A stretch of DNA of 28,645 bases from a virus (Duplodnaviria; Caudoviricetes). Positions 25,600 through 28,645 of the stretch are shown one piece after another (position 1 is the stretch's first letter; each line of letters starts with the position of its first letter). Where the stretch lies: positions 1 to 28,645 of the IMG/VR virus record IMGVR_UViG_3300038530_001755. One strand, given 5' to 3'. The translations under genes were made by a program, and so were the position numbers. Under the pieces are notes generated by a model that made no database searches, was not told the DNA's origin, and saw only the letters and a program-made list of their open reading frames with translations.

Positions 25600-25606
25600 G
25601 TTATCA

Positions 25607-25783
25607 TTATAATAATACTTCTTTGTCCTTAGAAAAAAGATTTATCTGTACTTCTTGATTATCCTGAGTGGTAATCAACAAAGTCTTATAATATTGCTTA
25701 TATGCTTTTTCTGTTTGCTCAACTTCAATAGATTTAATATCGTGGATACTAATCTCTTGTCCATTACCCAATGTTAGATTCAT
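25607..25783 (-). CDS. 58-aa hypothetical protein (not in ORF track)
   Basis: MNLTLGNGQEISIHDIKSIEVEQTEKAYKQYYKTLLITTQDNQEVQINLFSKDKEVLL; RBS AAGGGA; fills the gap. Confidence 0.65.
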   Translation of the reverse strand: MNLTLGNGQEISIHDIKSIEVEQTEKAYKQYYKTLLITTQDNQEVQINLFSKDKEVLL

Positions 25784-25991
25784 TTAATTCCCTTTCATTC
25801 ATTGATTGTGCCCATTTATCTAAGGCAGTGTATTCCCTAGACTCTGCTCTAGTTACATAATTAAGTGCTCTTCTTAATCCTGATATCTCTGCAAAGTAGT
25901 AGTCGTTACTAGGATTATCTTTCCAAGCTTTTTCTACAGACTTAATATCTTTGCGAATATCACTTTTAATATTATTTAGTACTGAAAACAT
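25764..25991 (-). CDS. Hypothetical protein
   Basis: Likely start ATG 25991 (MFSVLNN) with GGAG RBS. Confidence 0.65.
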   Translation of the reverse strand: MFSVLNNIKSDIRKDIKSVEKAWKDNPSNDYYFAEISGLRRALNYVTRAESREYTALDKWAQSMNERELNESNIG

Positions 25992-26178
25992 CTTCACTCT
26001 CCATATCATATATATCAGCTACGTCATATTCTTTACCAGTATTTGGATCATAAGTGATGTATGTTACTACCTCACGCTCTCCATTATGACCTTGATTTTC
26101 TTTTATTGTTACTAACTTCATATCCTTTCTAACTATTATCCTTTCTATTTGTTCCATTATTTTTTGTAATATCTTCAA
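25972..26178 (-). CDS. Hypothetical protein (start uncertain; ATG 26157 or 26121 also possible)
   Basis: Open frame filling the gap between neighbours; overlaps the HNH gene end. Confidence 0.5.
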   Translation of the reverse strand: MKILQKIMEQIERIIVRKDMKLVTIKENQGHNGEREVVTYITYDPNTGKEYDVADIYDMESEDVFSTK

Positions 26179-26632
26179 AACCTTTCCAATAATTGTTTTC
26201 TTTCCATGTTTTTTCTTTGTGGCAGTTACGACATCTGACTTCGCATTTATCTATTTCTCTTTTAATCGTGCTCCACTTGTATCCATGTCTAATCATGTAA
26301 GAAACCCCTTCTAGTCCTCGTTTACCTACCTTTCTTTTCCTACCTCTAACATGGTCAAACTCTAATACTCTTACATTATTTTCGCCACAATCAACACAAC
26401 CCTTAACAAAATATTCTTTTACTACTCTTCTATAATTCTCTTCTCTTTTTCTCCATTTATAATCTTTTACAGCCTTTACTCTTTTATCTTTGTTCTTTGG
26501 ATACCATTTCTTATTATGATATTCATGTTGGCAAGGTCTGCATTGATGTTGTAGTCCGTCTTTCTTTCTCCTATTTTTATTGTATTTCCATTTAAATTTA
26601 TATTTCTTACACTTACTGCATCTTTTTATCAA
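26129..26632 (-). CDS. HNH endonuclease with N-terminal zinc finger
   Basis: CSKC...CRPC, then CVDCGE...LEFDHV...KCEVRCRNCH. Confidence 0.85.
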   Translation of the reverse strand: MIKRCSKCKKYKFKWKYNKNRRKKDGLQHQCRPCQHEYHNKKWYPKNKDKRVKAVKDYKWRKREENYRRVVKEYFVKGCVDCGENNVRVLEFDHVRGRKRKVGKRGLEGVSYMIRHGYKWSTIKREIDKCEVRCRNCHKEKTWKENNYWKGFEDITKNNGTNRKDNS

Positions 26633-26890
26633 TCATACGCCCCATTCTACATCATGTACAAAGATTGGTGTATACTCTCCAACGTAAGCTCCTGATACAT
26701 TGTAGTAAAAGTGATCTAAGGCATCTTCTTCTGTCATCTCTTCTTGTGTAATCATTATTCGTATAATACTTTCAATAGAATAAACGGCAACTCCACCATC
26801 TGTATATCCTATTAGGGCATCATCATATCCATCTGCAAATAACATTTCGTCATTACCACTTCTTTCTGCTAGTTCTTCTCTAATTCCCAT
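26633..26890 (-). CDS. Conserved acidic phage protein
   Basis: ADGYDDALIG...AVYS...EDALDHFYYNVSGAYVGEYTPIF. Confidence 0.75.
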   Translation of the reverse strand: MGIREELAERSGNDEMLFADGYDDALIGYTDGGVAVYSIESIIRIMITQEEMTEEDALDHFYYNVSGAYVGEYTPIFVHDVEWGV

Positions 26891-26915
26891 CTTGTTTTTA
26901 TTATATCCTTAGTTT

Positions 26916-26945
26916 AATATAATACCAAAGGTGGTTCAAATCCAA
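26916..26945 (-). promoter_or_regulatory. Possible sigma70-like promoter
   Basis: TTGGAT-N18-TATATT in the intergenic gap. Confidence 0.4.
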
Positions 26946-26946
26946 C

Positions 26947-27189
26947 CTAATCGTCTTTGTGCTTCTCGTGGTAGTCATCAATACATTCATTGAGTATATC
27001 TACTACATTGTATATGTTGGTTACTTCTACATCAGGTTGTTCATTCACAAATCTAGGTGCTATCCCATAATGCACTACCATTAGCTCACTTGGATTGGTT
27101 TCCCCACTATGCAATCTAAACCTCGGGGTTTGTAGACCTCGGGTACTATCCTTACCAACTACCATTGTTTTTATATTTACCTTCTTCAT
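26947..27189 (-). CDS. Hypothetical protein
   Basis: 80 aa; RBS AAGGAG; TAATG overlap. Confidence 0.7.
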   Translation of the reverse strand: MKKVNIKTMVVGKDSTRGLQTPRFRLHSGETNPSELMVVHYGIAPRFVNEQPDVEVTNIYNVVDILNECIDDYHEKHKDD

Positions 27190-27332
27190 TACAACTCCTT
27201 TACTTTTATTATGGGATACGGATCATCGCACATAAAATGCTCTTTGTATTCCTTCACTTCTTTGAGTGCTTTCTTTTTGCTCTTGGCTTCTATGTAGCCA
27301 GTTACTTTTATTGTGTAATAAAATTCTTTCAT
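27189..27332 (-). CDS. 47-aa hypothetical protein (not in ORF track)
   Basis: MKEFYYTIKVTGYIEAKSKKKALKEVKEYKEHFMCDDPYPIIKVKEL; RBS AAGGAG; TAATG coupling. Confidence 0.75.
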   Translation of the reverse strand: MKEFYYTIKVTGYIEAKSKKKALKEVKEYKEHFMCDDPYPIIKVKEL

Positions 27333-27349
27333 AATCTCTCCTTGTTTAT

Positions 27350-27369
27350 GGGGTGGGTTGCCCCACCCC
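27350..27369 (-). promoter_or_regulatory. GNRA-tetraloop hairpin
   Basis: GGGGTGGG-GCAA-CCCACCCC on the minus strand, no U-tract, just ahead of an RBS. Confidence 0.65.
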
Positions 27370-27376
27370 TAGTTAG

Positions 27377-27595
27377 TTACTTTTCGTGATTATTTAACCA
27401 AGCTAAAGACCTACTAAGGTCATCTGTCTTATCAGTCGTTCTTATAATTTGCAACTTTTGACTTGTCCATCCATCAGCTTCCCAATCAGCTTTGTGCTCT
27501 TTCACTTCATTATAATCTTCACTAGTGAATTGGTTGCACCACTCTCCATTTTCAGCAACACACAATGTGAAATAACTATTTACTTTTTTTGTCAT
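27377..27595 (-). CDS. Hypothetical protein
   Basis: 72 aa; RBS AAGGAG. Confidence 0.75.
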   Translation of the reverse strand: MTKKVNSYFTLCVAENGEWCNQFTSEDYNEVKEHKADWEADGWTSQKLQIIRTTDKTDDLSRSLAWLNNHEK

Positions 27596-27596
27596 A

Positions 27597-27743
27597 TTAA
27601 CTCCTTGTTTTTTCTTTTAAGTTATCTAATACAAACTCTACATCACTTACTACTTGCTTTAGTGATATATCATTTATCTTCCTAGTATTCAAAAGATTTT
27701 CTACTAGGGTTTTTGCTCTTTCTAATCTCATTATATCTGTCAT
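27597..27743 (-). CDS. 48-aa hypothetical protein (not in ORF track)
   Basis: MTDIMRLERAKTLVENLLNTRKINDISLKQVVSDVEFVLDNLKEKTRS; RBS AAGGAG. Confidence 0.75.
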   Translation of the reverse strand: MTDIMRLERAKTLVENLLNTRKINDISLKQVVSDVEFVLDNLKEKTRS

Positions 27744-27793
27744 GTTGACTCCTTGTTTTTTTGTTTTATTTTAAGCTTCGTGCTTACTTCTTA

Positions 27794-27818
27794 TACGCAC
27801 CAAGTTTCAAAAAGTTCC
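27794..27818 (-). promoter_or_regulatory. ECF-sigma-type promoter
   Basis: GGAAC-N16-CGTA in an intergenic gap about 50 nt upstream of ATG 27743. Confidence 0.6.
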
Positions 27819-27821
27819 AAA

Positions 27822-28133
27822 TTAATTTTCTCCTCTATTGCATTTATTACACGATTTAATCTCTTTACCAAACTTAGGAAAGTTATCATAATAGATTGTT
27901 TTCTTCTCTTTATGATTGCCAGTTAATCTAGTTCTCTCCCAACATCTACTACATTTAGGACAAGCCTTAATTGCTTTGTCTGTATCGTGTATATACTTCT
28001 TCTTTCTATTTAAGTTTCTTTGTATCTCATGTTGTTTCATCAGATTACCCAACACTATATCAGAGAATATATCCGTTCTCTCTATCATACCCTTAAATGG
28101 ACTTTCCGTTACTTCTTTCTTAATTCTACTCAT
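27822..28133 (-). CDS. Zinc-binding hypothetical protein
   Basis: CPKC..CWE...CNKC; likely start ATG 28133 (ATGA overlap, GGAG RBS). Confidence 0.7.
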   Translation of the reverse strand: MSRIKKEVTESPFKGMIERTDIFSDIVLGNLMKQHEIQRNLNRKKKYIHDTDKAIKACPKCSRCWERTRLTGNHKEKKTIYYDNFPKFGKEIKSCNKCNRGEN

Positions 28134-28312
28134 TTCTGTACTCCGTTTCTTTTCCCTACTTCTATTATATATGTCTCCCATATTAGCATCATTGTATCAT
28201 CATCAATGCCATGTTCCTCTGCATAGGCAGGTAGGTTCACACTATCGTTATCCATAGTACGTTTAAACTCATCGTACAATTCATCAAACATTAGATCTTT
28301 TTCTGTAATCAT
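28130..28312 (-). CDS. Hypothetical acidic protein
   Basis: 60 aa; RBS GAGG; ATGA overlaps. Confidence 0.7.
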   Translation of the reverse strand: MITEKDLMFDELYDEFKRTMDNDSVNLPAYAEEHGIDDDTMMLIWETYIIEVGKRNGVQK

Positions 28313-28542
28313 CTTAGTTCCTCAAAATGTTTTTTAATTAATAAATCAATCTTTTTATCTGTCTCTCTATCAAACTTTTCTTTAGCTTTTATAAATACTT
28401 TTCCTTCTTCCTCATCGCAAAGATACTCACCAAACAATGCACCCAAATCGTGTAAGTGAGCATCTTGTATATATTCATCAGTTAATATTTCTTTTTTTGC
28501 ATCTTTCACAAATTTCTTAATTCTATTATCTAGTTTTTTCAT
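28309..28542 (-). CDS. Hypothetical protein
   Basis: 77 aa; ATGA overlaps. Confidence 0.7.
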   Translation of the reverse strand: MKKLDNRIKKFVKDAKKEILTDEYIQDAHLHDLGALFGEYLCDEEEGKVFIKAKEKFDRETDKKIDLLIKKHFEELR

Positions 28543-28643
28543 CTTAATTCATCCAACCTTTCATTAAAATATTCCACCATAGCCTCAAAATCATAGGTAT
28601 ATGCTCCGTTCTGGTCTTCATGGTAGTATACAGGCACTTCAAT
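28539..28643 (-). CDS. C-terminal fragment of a hypothetical protein running off the window
   Basis: IEVPVYYHEDQNGAYTYDFEAMVEYFNERLDELR*; ATGA overlap. Confidence 0.6.
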   Translation of the reverse strand: MEVPVYYHEDQNGAYTYDFEAMVEYFNERLDELR

Positions 28644-28645
28644 CT

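Noticed and set aside
22400-25620. CRISPR mini-array near the Cas4-like gene
   Set aside because: No regularly spaced direct repeats; the gaps contain inverted repeats only.
25675-25764. 29-aa ORF MDKRLVSTILNLLKLSKQKKHISNIIRLC from the TAATG at 25764 (minus strand)
   Set aside because: The alternative frame 25607-25783 is longer, has an RBS and fills the gap.
24175-28257. Plus-strand ORFs within the early operon
   Set aside because: Antisense shadows with Phe/Leu/Ser-rich composition overlapping coupled minus-strand genes.
1-28645. Stop-codon reassignment, tRNA genes, integrase or transposase
   Set aside because: Genes tile densely under the standard code with TAA, TAG and TGA all used as stops; no cloverleaf or recombinase motifs seen.

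Overview
AT-rich (roughly one-third GC by eye) fragment of a tailed dsDNA bacteriophage with podovirus-like organisation, resembling uncultured marine phages. The + strand (1-21908) is the late/virion operon: end of the major capsid gene, a decoration-like protein, head-tail adaptor-like genes, two giant LamG-repeat fibre proteins, a cassette of small membrane proteins interleaved with four ultra-basic proteins (no recognisable endolysin), a tail nozzle/stabilisation protein and three ejection-type internal proteins. The - strand (21912-28645) is a convergent early/middle operon: two SSB-like proteins with acidic 'PF' tails, a degenerate Holliday-junction-resolvase-like protein, a PD-(D/E)XK nuclease, a solo Cas4-like exonuclease, an HNH endonuclease and many small ORFs. 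I added several small genes missing from the ORF track. The main leads are (i) tandem in-phase -1 slippery sites in a membrane-protein gene with a translationally coupled extension, (ii) the ultra-basic protein cluster, (iii) structured intergenic RNAs, one with a loop complementary to the shared RBS of three early genes, (iv) an ECF-sigma-type promoter and (v) nested, split fibre and adaptor architectures. All family assignments come from motif recognition by eye, not database searches.
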